Shown here one piece after another: positions 41,259 to 50,180 of a stretch of DNA of 64,000 bases. The stretch's first letter is position 1; each line of letters opens with the position of its first letter. The notes below the pieces were generated by a model, which saw only the letters and a list, made by a program, of their open reading frames with translations, was not told the DNA's origin and did not search any database. Made by a program: the position numbers and the translations under genes. Origin of the DNA: Gemmatimonadota bacterium (lineage in GTDB: Bacteria; Gemmatimonadota; Gemmatimonadetes; Palauibacterales; Palauibacteraceae); contig OY762926.1 of assembly GCA_963666735.1 (NCBI GenBank), positions 672,001-736,000 on the forward strand. The letters are read 5' to 3'.

Positions 41259-43540
41259 ACCCGCGCGCGCGGGGCGGGGAAGCGGCGTCGCGGGCCCGGG
41301 CGGCCCTGTGGCTGTGCGCAACGCTCGCGGCGGCGGCGCCCGGGGTTGCGGCGGCGCAGGACGGCGGGCGAGGGAAGCCGCCGGTGCCTCTCCATCGCCT
41401 GGAGGGCCACGGCCACGTTCACCTCGACGGCTTCGTCGACGAGCCGGCGTGGGCGGACATCGATCCCGTGCCGCTCGTGATGTATTCGCCCACCTACGGC
41501 GGGACCCTCACCGAAGAGACGAGGATCCGGATCGCCTACGACGACCGGTACCTGTACGTCTCGGGACAGTTGTTCGATTCCGACCTCGGCGGGATCCGGG
41601 CGAACAGCTTCACGCGCGACGGGTTCAGCGGCGACGACCAGTTCTCGGTTGTGATCGACAGCTACAACGACCACGAGACGGCCGTGGCCTTCGTGGTGAA
41701 CCCCAACGGAGCGCGATCCGACCGCGCGGTCTGGGGCGACGCCGAGTGGACCGCGGGCACGCGACCCTTCAACAGCGACTGGAACGCGCACTGGGATGCC
41801 GCCGTCCAGCGGACGAACGACGGATGGTCGGCGGAGATGCGGATCCCGTTCTCGACGCTCGGATTCCAGAACGCGGGCGGGGAAGTGACGATGGGGCTCT
41901 CCGTCTACCGCTCGATTTCGCGCAAGAACGAGCGCCACGTCTACCCGGATATCTCCCCCGAGTACGGCTTCTTCGGCTTCGGCAAGCCATCGCTGGCGCA
42001 ACGGGTCACCTTCCGGGGCGTGAATCGCGCGAACCCGATCTACGTGACGCCGTACGTCCTCGGCGGGATGACGCAGATCCCGACCCTGCGGGAACCGCCG
42101 GATGTGCAGGCCGCGTACTGGGAGACGACGGACGACCCCACGGGGGAGCCGGGTCTCGACTTCAAGTATTCGCCGTCGTCGAACCTGTCGATCGACCTCA
42201 CCGCCAATACGGACTTCGCCCAGGTGGAGGCGGACGACCAGCAAATCAATCTCACGCGGTTCCCCCTCTTCTTCCCGGAGAAGCGGCAGTTCTTCCAGGA
42301 ACGCTCGGCGACCTTCGACTTCGCCACCGGCGGAATCACCGACCGGGTCTTCTTCAGCCGCCGGATCGGGCTCGACCGCGGCGAACTGGTGCGCATCTAC
42401 GGCGGGGCGCGCGTGGTGGGGCGGGCCGGCGGGCTCGACTTCGGGATGCTGAACATGCAGACGGCCCCCAACGCCGGGCGGCCGGGCGAGAACATGGGCG
42501 TCCTGCGGCTCAAGCAGCAGGTCTTCAATCAGAATTCGTCGGTCGGCGGGATCGTCACCACGCGCGTCGATGCGTACGGCAAGACGAACGTGGCCTACGG
42601 TGCGGACGGCGAGGTGCGGCTGTTCGGGGACGAGTACCTCACGCTACGGTGGGCCCAGTCCTTTGACGACGACGTCGCGGAGCGCAACCCGCTCGACGCG
42701 GGGACGTTCTTCGCGCAGTTCGAACGGAGGAGGCAGGAGGGGTTCGCCTACGGCGCGCAGTATCGGCGGGTGGGGGCGGACTACCTGCCGAGGCTGGGCT
42801 TCCAGCTGCGAAACGAGTTCACGCTCTTCGGCGGATCGGCCGGTTATTCCTGGTTCATGGGCGCCGACTCGAAGCTGCGCGCCGTAACGGTCAGCGGCGA
42901 GACGCAGCACTACTACAGGAACGTGGATCTCACGCCCGAATCTCGGGTTATCGCCCCTCAGGTGATGATCGGCATGAAGTCCGGGACCTTCATGACCCTC
43001 ACGTCCCGTTCGAGCTTCGAGAGCATCCGAGATCCGTTCACGATCGCGGGACTGACGGTCGATCCGGGGGAATACTGGTTCCACGAGGCCGAGGCGTCGC
43101 TCCGGCTCTCCCGCGGCGGCCTCGTGCGCGGGGAGATCGGAGGGTCGGCCGGGAGCTTCTACGACGGTCGCCGGGTGAGCCTTCGCCTGAGTCCGGCGCT
43201 GAACCTGTCGCGGCACTTCGAGATCCGGCCGAGCTACGATATCAACCGCTTCGAGTTACCGGGCCGCGACTTCCTGACGACCCACCTCGCGAGACTCAAT
43301 CTGGACTTCGCTCTCGACACGCACCTCTCGCTGAGCACGCTCGCGCAGTACAACTCCACCACGGACCAGGTGAGCGTGAACGCCCGCTTCCGCTATCACT
43401 TCCGCGAGGGCGTGGATCTGTGGGTGGTCTACAACGAGGGCTACTTCATGGACCGCACGAACGGCGGCGTGGACCCGCGCCTGCCGTTCTCTTCGGGCCG
43501 CGCGCTCATGGTGAAGTACTCCCACACCTTCACGTTCTGA
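41255..43540 (+). CDS. CBM9-like/DUF5916 outer-membrane protein, paralogue 3
   Basis: Same motifs; signal peptide LAAAAPGVAAA-Q; GTGA overlap with paralogue 2; C-terminal F. Confidence 0.85.
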   Translation: MNPRARGGEAASRARAALWLCATLAAAAPGVAAAQDGGRGKPPVPLHRLEGHGHVHLDGFVDEPAWADIDPVPLVMYSPTYGGTLTEETRIRIAYDDRYLYVSGQLFDSDLGGIRANSFTRDGFSGDDQFSVVIDSYNDHETAVAFVVNPNGARSDRAVWGDAEWTAGTRPFNSDWNAHWDAAVQRTNDGWSAEMRIPFSTLGFQNAGGEVTMGLSVYRSISRKNERHVYPDISPEYGFFGFGKPSLAQRVTFRGVNRANPIYVTPYVLGGMTQIPTLREPPDVQAAYWETTDDPTGEPGLDFKYSPSSNLSIDLTANTDFAQVEADDQQINLTRFPLFFPEKRQFFQERSATFDFATGGITDRVFFSRRIGLDRGELVRIYGGARVVGRAGGLDFGMLNMQTAPNAGRPGENMGVLRLKQQVFNQNSSVGGIVTTRVDAYGKTNVAYGADGEVRLFGDEYLTLRWAQSFDDDVAERNPLDAGTFFAQFERRRQEGFAYGAQYRRVGADYLPRLGFQLRNEFTLFGGSAGYSWFMGADSKLRAVTVSGETQHYYRNVDLTPESRVIAPQVMIGMKSGTFMTLTSRSSFESIRDPFTIAGLTVDPGEYWFHEAEASLRLSRGGLVRGEIGGSAGSFYDGRRVSLRLSPALNLSRHFEIRPSYDINRFELPGRDFLTTHLARLNLDFALDTHLSLSTLAQYNSTTDQVSVNARFRYHFREGVDLWVVYNEGYFMDRTNGGVDPRLPFSSGRALMVKYSHTFTF

Positions 43541-43590
43541 GTCGCCTGGGGAAGCCCTACGCTACGAACGGGAACGGCGCAACAAGTAGA

Positions 43591-43618
43591 AGTTTACATA
43601 ATATATGTTATGCGCCAC
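43591..43618 (-). other. dif: dif site (XerC/XerD chromosome dimer resolution site)
   Basis: Minus strand GTGGCGCATAA CATATA TTATGTAAACT versus E. coli dif GGTGCGCATAA TGTATA TTATGTTAAAT; AT-rich intergenic spot where gene orientation flips. Confidence 0.9.
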
Positions 43619-43685
43619 TACGGGGAATGTTGGATGCATACGGGGATGCCCTCGCTTCACGAGTCCCGGCCGGAGCGTGTCGGGA

Positions 43686-44381
43686 TCAGCCGCTGCCCGC
43701 GCGCTGAGCCTTGAGCTCTCCGAGTCGGAGGCGGTAGACGCCTGCTTCCACCGGGTCCTCCCCGGCGGCTTCCTCGGCGATGGCGGCGAAGATCGTCTCG
43801 GCTTCCTCGAGACGGCCGAGGGCGGCGAGGATTCTCGCGGCGGAAGCGCGCGCCTCGCGACGCTGGAAGGCGAAGCGCGCCGTCTCTCCCAGGCCTTGCC
43901 ACGTAGCGAGGGCCGTCTCCGCGTCCCCGGACGCTTCCTGGGCCGCCGCGAGTAGCGTGCGCGCGGCGAGTCCCACCGGGCGATCCGGCGCCTCTGAAAT
44001 CGTGCTCGCGACCTCCGCAGCCTCCACGGAGCGCCCCGTGTCGAGATAGGTCCGCGCCAGGAGGAGCCGGCCTTCGTTTGCCGCCGCGACGCCATCGAAG
44101 CGCTCGACGTAGGCCTCCAGATCGGCGATGAGGAGTTCGGGATCGGTCGTGGTCATGCGCAGCGTCGCGAGTTCGTTCGCCGCCTGCTCGCGCACCGAAG
44201 CCTGGAAGTTCGTGTAGTACACGACGCCTACGACGACCATCGCGATGCCGGCAGCCCCGACCAGCACCGCCCGCATGTTGTTGTTGACCCAGGTGGCCAG
44301 ACGGAACGTGGACCGGACGAAGGCATCCTGTCGGCCGTCCCGTCCGTCCGGCGGCTTTCCGCTGGCGAGCGCGTCCGCCAT
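43686..44381 (-). CDS. YfgM-like membrane-anchored TPR protein
   Basis: Single N-terminal TM (AVLVGAAGIAMVVVGVVYY) followed by Ala-rich TPR-like helices. Confidence 0.7.
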   Translation of the reverse strand: MADALASGKPPDGRDGRQDAFVRSTFRLATWVNNNMRAVLVGAAGIAMVVVGVVYYTNFQASVREQAANELATLRMTTTDPELLIADLEAYVERFDGVAAANEGRLLLARTYLDTGRSVEAAEVASTISEAPDRPVGLAARTLLAAAQEASGDAETALATWQGLGETARFAFQRREARASAARILAALGRLEEAETIFAAIAEEAAGEDPVEAGVYRLRLGELKAQRAGSG

Positions 44382-44427
44382 CTGCCGTCCCCCTCGTTTC
44401 TTGCTCGGTTGTCGAACGGCGTGGAAG

Positions 44428-45384
44428 CTACCGGGACCGGCGGATCGCCGCTACTTGGGTCTCGTCACGGGTGCCCGGGCCCGCGCCCGCGGCGATGCGA
44501 TCGATGGCAAGGACGGCCCCCGCCCCGAGGAGTGCGAGAGCCGCCGCCGGCCAGATCTCCCCGGCGCCCGAGGGCCAGCGGTTACCCAGCAGCCACTCGA
44601 TGCGGCCGTCGCTGTGCGTGTACAGCTCGCGGAGTTGCGCCTTCCAGGGCCACAGGGCGTTGAGTGAGCCGACGAGAAACCCCGTAAGCACGGCCAGCGT
44701 GGGTGTCCGGTGACGAGCGAGGAGGCGCCGCAGGACGCGACTGAACGCGAGCAGGCCGGCGACGATTCCGAGGCTCACGGCCGCCAGCCGGACGAAGTCC
44801 AGGTTGTTCAGGGCTGCGATCACGGGCGCGTATGCACCCAGGATGAGCAGGATGAAGCTGCCGGAGATGCCGGGCAGAACCATGGCGCAAGCCGCCACGG
44901 CCGCGGCCGCCGTGAGAAAGAGGGGCGCGTCGGACCGGATGAGCGGGGGCAGCGACGTGATGGCGGCGGCCAGGGCCGCCCCGGCGGCGGCGAGGGCCCA
45001 GATGCCGGCCCGGCGATCGGTGACGCTTCGGCCGACGAGCAGGACCGACGCCGCCACAAGGCCGAAGAAGAAGGCCCACAGCTCCGCGGGCCGGTTCGCG
45101 AGCAGCCAGTGGAGCAACCCGGCGAACGCGAACACGCTCGTGCCGATGCCGGCGAGCAGGACGGCGAGGAAGCTCAGGTTGCCCGCCTGCCATACGCCCC
45201 GCACCCCCCGTTCCCGGAACGCCCCGAGCAGGCGGCCGTCGAGACCCGCGAGCGTGGCGACAAGCTCGTCGTAGATTCCGGAGATGAGGGCGATCGTCCC
45301 TCCCGAAACCCCGGGGACGAGATCCGCCAGCCCCATGGCGAGGCCCTTCGCGTACACCCCGGCCCAGGCTCCGACGGGCTTCAC
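44428..45384 (-). CDS. DUF368 membrane protein (putative undecaprenyl-phosphate translocase)
   Basis: KGLAMGLADLVPGVSGGTIA.ISGIY, MVLPGISGSFILLILG.Y, LWPWK. Confidence 0.92.
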   Translation of the reverse strand: MKPVGAWAGVYAKGLAMGLADLVPGVSGGTIALISGIYDELVATLAGLDGRLLGAFRERGVRGVWQAGNLSFLAVLLAGIGTSVFAFAGLLHWLLANRPAELWAFFFGLVAASVLLVGRSVTDRRAGIWALAAAGAALAAAITSLPPLIRSDAPLFLTAAAAVAACAMVLPGISGSFILLILGAYAPVIAALNNLDFVRLAAVSLGIVAGLLAFSRVLRRLLARHRTPTLAVLTGFLVGSLNALWPWKAQLRELYTHSDGRIEWLLGNRWPSGAGEIWPAAALALLGAGAVLAIDRIAAGAGPGTRDETQVAAIRRSR

Positions 45385-46043
45385 CGCGGGCCCTCGCCCC
45401 TCGGTTCATCTTGGATGAGCGGGACGAAGCGGGCCCCGGTGATCGTCTCTCGCGCGAAATCGTCGCCCCGTCGCGTGTAGCGCCGCAGTTCCTGCCGCCG
45501 GGTACCGACGGGCACGATGAGGCGCCCCCCATCGGCGAGCTGATTGAAGAGCGCCTCGGGCGGGCGGGCGGCGGCCGCACCCACGATGATCGCCCGGAAG
45601 GGAGCGTATTCCGGCCAGCCCAGGCTCCCGTCCCCGTGCATGAGACGCACTTCCACGCCGAGGCGGCCCAGCGTGCGGGCCGCGGTCTCGTACAGGGGCG
45701 CGATCCGCTCGACCGAGTACACCACCGCTCCGAGCGCCGCGAGGAGCGCCGTCTGGAATCCCGCCCCCGTCCCCACCTCGAGGACGCGATGGCCGGAGCG
45801 GATTTCGGCGTATTCGAGACTGAGGGCGTGGATCGTGGGGCTCGAAATCGTCTGCCCCCGGCCGATGGGGAGCGGCACGTCCTCGTATGCGCGCGCCCGC
45901 ATCACTTCGGGTACGAACGCGTGCCGCGGGACGCTGTCGAACGCGTGCAGGACGGCCAGGTCGCTCACCCCCCCGTCCCGGAGCCGCTCCACGAGCCGGC
46001 GGCGGTCGCGCCGGTAGTCCGCGGCCGGGTCCCGTCCCGTCAA
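45381..46043 (-). CDS. pcm: Protein-L-isoaspartate O-methyltransferase
   Basis: VPRHAFV, LPIGRGQTISSP, LEVGTGAG, GDGSLGWPEYAPF, FVPL; start approximate (TTG overlapping the surE stop). Confidence 0.93.
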   Translation of the reverse strand: MTGRDPAADYRRDRRRLVERLRDGGVSDLAVLHAFDSVPRHAFVPEVMRARAYEDVPLPIGRGQTISSPTIHALSLEYAEIRSGHRVLEVGTGAGFQTALLAALGAVVYSVERIAPLYETAARTLGRLGVEVRLMHGDGSLGWPEYAPFRAIIVGAAAARPPEALFNQLADGGRLIVPVGTRRQELRRYTRRGDDFARETITGARFVPLIQDEPRGEGPR

Positions 46044-46807
46044 CTTCCCAGCCGCCACGACCTCACCTCGTTCAGCAGTTCGAAATTCGTCAGATCGAGG
46101 TGGAGCGGCGTGACCGAAACGAAGCCGGCGCGCACGGCGCGGAAATCCGAATCTCCCCGGCCGCTCCACGCCGAACGTCCCCCTCCGATCTTGAAGTACT
46201 CGTTCCCTTCCTCATCGTGCATCCGGCGGAGCGAGTCGTGGTACACCCGGCGCCCGAGCGCCGTCACCGTGATCCCCTTCACCTCCTCGGCCGGCCGGTC
46301 CGGAAGGTTGACGTTGAAGAACGTCTCATCGGGAAGGGAATCCCGGGCGAGACAGGCTGCGATGAGCCGGCCGAGCAACTCCTCGTAACTTTCGAGGACA
46401 CGGTCGTCGCTCCCGGTGAACGAGAAGGCGATCGCGGGCACACCGAGGATCGTCGCCTCCATCGCCGCCGCCACCGTGCCGGAGTAGAGGACGTCTTCCC
46501 CCATGTTGGGACCGTGGTTGACCCCTGACAGGACAAACCGGGGCCGTACCTCGAGGATCTCCTTCAGAGCCAGAAGAACGCAATCGGTCGGCGTCCCGTC
46601 CACCATGTAGCGTCGCGGTCCGAGCCGCGTCAGACGGAGGGGGCGGAACAGCGAGAGCGCATGGCTCGTGGCGCTCTGCTCGCGATCCGGCGCCACCGTC
46701 CACACGTCACCGAACGCGTCGGCCACGCGGGCGAGCAGCGTGAGCCCGACCGACTTCACGCCATCGTCGTTGGTGCACAGGAGGACGGGATGCTCCGCTT
46801 CGGTCAC
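46040..46807 (-). CDS. surE: 5'/3'-nucleotidase SurE
   Basis: TNDDG, VAPDREQSA, DGTPTDCV, SGVNHGPN, YSGTVAAA.EA, VSVTPL. Confidence 0.96.
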   Translation of the reverse strand: MTEAEHPVLLCTNDDGVKSVGLTLLARVADAFGDVWTVAPDREQSATSHALSLFRPLRLTRLGPRRYMVDGTPTDCVLLALKEILEVRPRFVLSGVNHGPNMGEDVLYSGTVAAAMEATILGVPAIAFSFTGSDDRVLESYEELLGRLIAACLARDSLPDETFFNVNLPDRPAEEVKGITVTALGRRVYHDSLRRMHDEEGNEYFKIGGGRSAWSGRGDSDFRAVRAGFVSVTPLHLDLTNFELLNEVRSWRLGS

Positions 46808-47166
46808 CCGGCTTCGCCGTCCTCCAGGAGCTGTACCAGCTCGTCGGCCTCCCTCCGGAGGTCGCGGATCGTCTCGCGGTCCCAGGCCACGCGCGCCTCC
46901 GCCGCCAGTTCCCCGCCCGCGCGCAGCTGATCGAGTTTCCGCTTCGCTCCCTCGATCGTGTACCGCTCGGTGTAAAGGAGGTGCCGCAGGAGCTGCACGA
47001 GCTGAATCTGCTTCGGGCGGTATACCCGGTTGCCCGCCCGGTTCTTCGTCGGGCGAAGCGTCGAGAACTGCGTTTCCCAGTAACGGAGGACGTGCGGCTT
47101 GAGATCCGCGATCTCGCACACGTCTCCGATCGAGTAGTATTCCTTCGGGGCGATGCGGTCGGACAC
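46804..47166 (-). CDS. MerR-family HTH regulator
   Basis: YYSIGDV, PHVLRYWE.QF, NRVY, YTIEGAK. Confidence 0.9.
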   Translation of the reverse strand: MSDRIAPKEYYSIGDVCEIADLKPHVLRYWETQFSTLRPTKNRAGNRVYRPKQIQLVQLLRHLLYTERYTIEGAKRKLDQLRAGGELAAEARVAWDRETIRDLRREADELVQLLEDGEAG

Positions 47167-47201
47167 GCTTTCCCCTTCCCTTGCTTCCCGGCGGTTCGCG
47201 A

Positions 47202-48212
47202 CTAGCCCCAGCGCTCGGGTTTCGGCTCTCGGGCCATCAGCCGGGCCAGCGCCTCCCGGGGCGCAACATCTTCGTACAGGATCGAATATACACCGCTCGC
47301 GATCGGCATCTCCACGCCCAGATCCCGGCTCAGCTCGTACGCGGCGCGCGCCGTCCGCACGCCTTCCACGACCTGGTCCATCTCCCGTACGGCTTCCGAG
47401 GGTCGGCGGCCCGCTCCAATGGCGAGTCCGGCGGATCGATTCCGGCTCAGCCGCCCGGTGCACGTGAGGACGAGGTCTCCGAGCCCGGCGAGGCCTCCGA
47501 GCGTTGTCTCCCGCGCTCCGAAGTGCCGCGCGAGCCGAACCATCTCCGCCAGGCCGCGGTTGATGAGCGCCGCGCGCGCGTTCGACCCCAGTTCCAGCCC
47601 GTCCGAGATCCCGGCCGCGAGCGCGATCACATTCTTGAGGGCGCCGCCCAGTTCCGCGCCATCCACATCCGGCTGCGTATACACTCGAAGGTACCCGTTC
47701 CGGAACAGGCTCTGCACGGCGAGCGCATGCGCTTCGCTCCGGCTCGCGGCGACCACCGCCGTGGGGAGTCCGCGGAGAAGCTCCTCCGCGAAGCTGGGTC
47801 CTGCGAGCACAACCGTGCGCGGCCCCGCGGCCTCGCCCAGCGTCTCCACGATGACCTCCGACATCCTCCGGTGCGTCCCGATCTCGATCCCCTTCGAGGC
47901 CGAGACCAGAACCTGGTCGCCGAGGTGGGACGCGGCCTGTCGCAGCACTTCGCGAACCGCGTGCGAGGGGCACACGGAGAGGACGAAACCGGTGTCGGCC
48001 AACGCCGCCTCGAGTTCGGAGGTCACGGTGAGCGGGCGAGCCAGTTCGATTCCGGGCAGATAGCGTTCGTTCGTGCCGGACTCGCGCATCGCGGCGGCGT
48101 GTGTGGCGTCCCGCGCCCACAGCCGGACGTCGTGGCCGTTCCGCACGAGGACATCCGCCAGTGCCGTGCCCCAACTGCCCGCGCCCAGTACGGCGACCTT
48201 CTGCTCGCTCAC
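47202..48212 (-). CDS. gpsA: NAD(P)H-dependent glycerol-3-phosphate dehydrogenase
   Basis: GAGSWGTALA, SKGIE, GPSFA, GGALKNVIA, GLGDLVLTC...SRN. Confidence 0.97.
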   Translation of the reverse strand: MSEQKVAVLGAGSWGTALADVLVRNGHDVRLWARDATHAAAMRESGTNERYLPGIELARPLTVTSELEAALADTGFVLSVCPSHAVREVLRQAASHLGDQVLVSASKGIEIGTHRRMSEVIVETLGEAAGPRTVVLAGPSFAEELLRGLPTAVVAASRSEAHALAVQSLFRNGYLRVYTQPDVDGAELGGALKNVIALAAGISDGLELGSNARAALINRGLAEMVRLARHFGARETTLGGLAGLGDLVLTCTGRLSRNRSAGLAIGAGRRPSEAVREMDQVVEGVRTARAAYELSRDLGVEMPIASGVYSILYEDVAPREALARLMAREPKPERWG

Positions 48213-48853
48213 GCCTCGTCCTCCCTCGATTCCTGCGCCGTTCTCTCTCGGCGCGGGAGCCGGCCGCGGCGCCAATCCACCTGGAACTCCTCACGTTTCA
48301 CGATCCGCGCGAGGTTCGAACGATGCGTCCACCAGACGGTGATGGCGAGGAGGAGCGCATAGAACACGACGGAGCGCGGAGCCGCCGAACCGCGCGCCAT
48401 GATGGGCACGAGCGCCGCGGAGAGGAGGGACGCCATGGAGGCCGTCCGCGTGAGGATCACCGTCACGATCCACACGAAGAAGGCGACGATCACGGCCACC
48501 GGAACCAGCGCGGCCATCGTTCCGGCGGCGGTCGCGACCCCCTTCCCTCCCCTGAATCTCGTATACACGGGCCACACATGTCCGGAAATGGCCGCGAGCC
48601 CGTAGGCGAGCGCCCAGGCGCCGGTGCGCCCATCCCACATCGGAAAGAGCCACACAGGCACGAACCCCTTCAGCAGATCCACGATGAGCACGCCCACCGC
48701 CGGGAAGAACCCGAGCACCCGGTAGGCGTTCGTGGACCCGAGGTTGCCGCTCCCCTCCCGCCGGAGGTCGTACCCGTAGGCTCGTCCCACGAGGTAGCTC
48801 GTGGGGAAGGCCCCGATGAGATAGGCGGCAAGCGTCAGGAGCGGCGCCGTCAT
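48209..48853 (-). CDS. plsY: Glycerol-3-phosphate acyltransferase PlsY
   Basis: YLIGAFP, GSGNLGSTN, D.LKG, GH.WP...FRGGKGVAT, HRSN. Confidence 0.96.
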   Translation of the reverse strand: MTAPLLTLAAYLIGAFPTSYLVGRAYGYDLRREGSGNLGSTNAYRVLGFFPAVGVLIVDLLKGFVPVWLFPMWDGRTGAWALAYGLAAISGHVWPVYTRFRGGKGVATAAGTMAALVPVAVIVAFFVWIVTVILTRTASMASLLSAALVPIMARGSAAPRSVVFYALLLAITVWWTHRSNLARIVKREEFQVDWRRGRLPRRERTAQESREDEA

Positions 48854-50175
48854 TCGCGCCCCGACCGCTTCTTCAGCTTGATCCGAATGGGAGATCCCTC
48901 GAATCCCCAGGCCTCCCGGAAGCCGGCGACGAGGTATCTCACATAGTGCTCCTTGAGGTCGTGTGGCCGGTTGGACCAGAGTACGAACTGCGGCGGGGAC
49001 GCCGCCACCTGGCTGCCGTACAGCAGCCGCACGTCCCCCCGGCCGCCCTGGGGGGGTTGCCGCCGCGCGACCAACCGTTGGAGGACTTCGTTCACCTCCG
49101 GGGTGGGCACGCGCCGCGCCCGCGCTTCCCGCACCTCGAACGCGAGGTCGATGACCTTCCGCACCCGCTTCCCCGTCAGCGCCGAGCAGGTGATGATCGG
49201 CACCCAGCGAAGATAGTGCGCGCGCTCGCGGAGTTCGCGCTCGAAGCCGGCCAGCGCGGAGGGTCCGCGGTCCTCGATCAGATCCCACTTGTTGGCCACG
49301 AACACGAGGCCCTTCCCCTCATCCCACGCCTCGTGTCCGATCCGGAAGTCCTGGTTCGCCGCGCCGGCCTGCGTGTCGACGAGGATGAGGCAGACATCGG
49401 CCCGGTCGATGGCCGAGGCGGCCCGCAGCCGGCCGAGGAACTCGAGGTCATCCACGATCCTGGCCCGGCGCCGGAGGCCTGCGGTGTCGATGAGACGGAC
49501 GCGCCGTTCTCCCAGGGCGAGGTCCGTGTCGATCGCGTCGCGGGTCGTTCCCGCCTCCTCGTGGACGATGACGCGATCTTCTCCGAGGAGGCGGTTCACG
49601 AAGCTGGACTTGCCGACGTTGGGACGCCCTATGACGGCGATGCGAATGTCGGCGTCGCCCCCTTCGGGCTCCGCCGACTTCGGGAGGACCGCGACCACGC
49701 GGTCCAGCAGGTCGCCCGACCCCTTGCCGCTGAGGGCCGCGAGGGGGATAGGGTCGCCGAGGCCGAGTTCGTAGAAGTCGACGTGCTCGATCGCGTCCGC
49801 GAGTTCGTCGAGTTTGTTCGCCGCGACGATCACGGGCAGGGCCGAGCGGCGCAGGAGTTCGGCGACGTGGCGGTCCACGGGCTGGACGCCGTCGCGGGCG
49901 TCCACGACGAAGACGACGACGTCCGCGTGGCCGATCGCGGTCTCGGCCTGCCGGCGCACTTCGAGGTCGATGTGCTCATCCGGCCGGACGACGAGGCCTC
50001 CCGTGTCGACGAGGAGGAAGCGCCGCCCCGCCCATTCCGCCTCGGCGAATTGCCGGTCCCGCGTCACGCCGGGTTGCTCGGCGACGATCGCGGCGCGCCG
50101 CCCCAGGATCCGGTTGAAGAGGGTCGATTTGCCGACGTTGGGGCGGCCCACGATGGCGACCGTGCGGAGAGCCAT
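48850..50175 (-). CDS. der: Ribosome biogenesis GTPase Der
   Basis: Two GRPNVGKS P-loops, DTGG/DTAG, NKLD/NKWD, KH-like C-terminus. Confidence 0.97.
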   Translation of the reverse strand: MALRTVAIVGRPNVGKSTLFNRILGRRAAIVAEQPGVTRDRQFAEAEWAGRRFLLVDTGGLVVRPDEHIDLEVRRQAETAIGHADVVVFVVDARDGVQPVDRHVAELLRRSALPVIVAANKLDELADAIEHVDFYELGLGDPIPLAALSGKGSGDLLDRVVAVLPKSAEPEGGDADIRIAVIGRPNVGKSSFVNRLLGEDRVIVHEEAGTTRDAIDTDLALGERRVRLIDTAGLRRRARIVDDLEFLGRLRAASAIDRADVCLILVDTQAGAANQDFRIGHEAWDEGKGLVFVANKWDLIEDRGPSALAGFERELRERAHYLRWVPIITCSALTGKRVRKVIDLAFEVREARARRVPTPEVNEVLQRLVARRQPPQGGRGDVRLLYGSQVAASPPQFVLWSNRPHDLKEHYVRYLVAGFREAWGFEGSPIRIKLKKRSGRE

Positions 50176-50180
50176 CGCTG

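Noticed and set aside
36547..43540. Paralogue array as a DGR, shufflon or silent-cassette system
   Set aside because: No reverse transcriptase or invertase, no adenine-specific template/variable repeat pair noticed, and all three copies are full length with their own signal peptides.
43619..43646. TACGGGGA direct repeat next to dif as a second att site of an integrated element
   Set aside because: Only 8 bp, no second dif-like arm, and no phage or plasmid genes adjacent.
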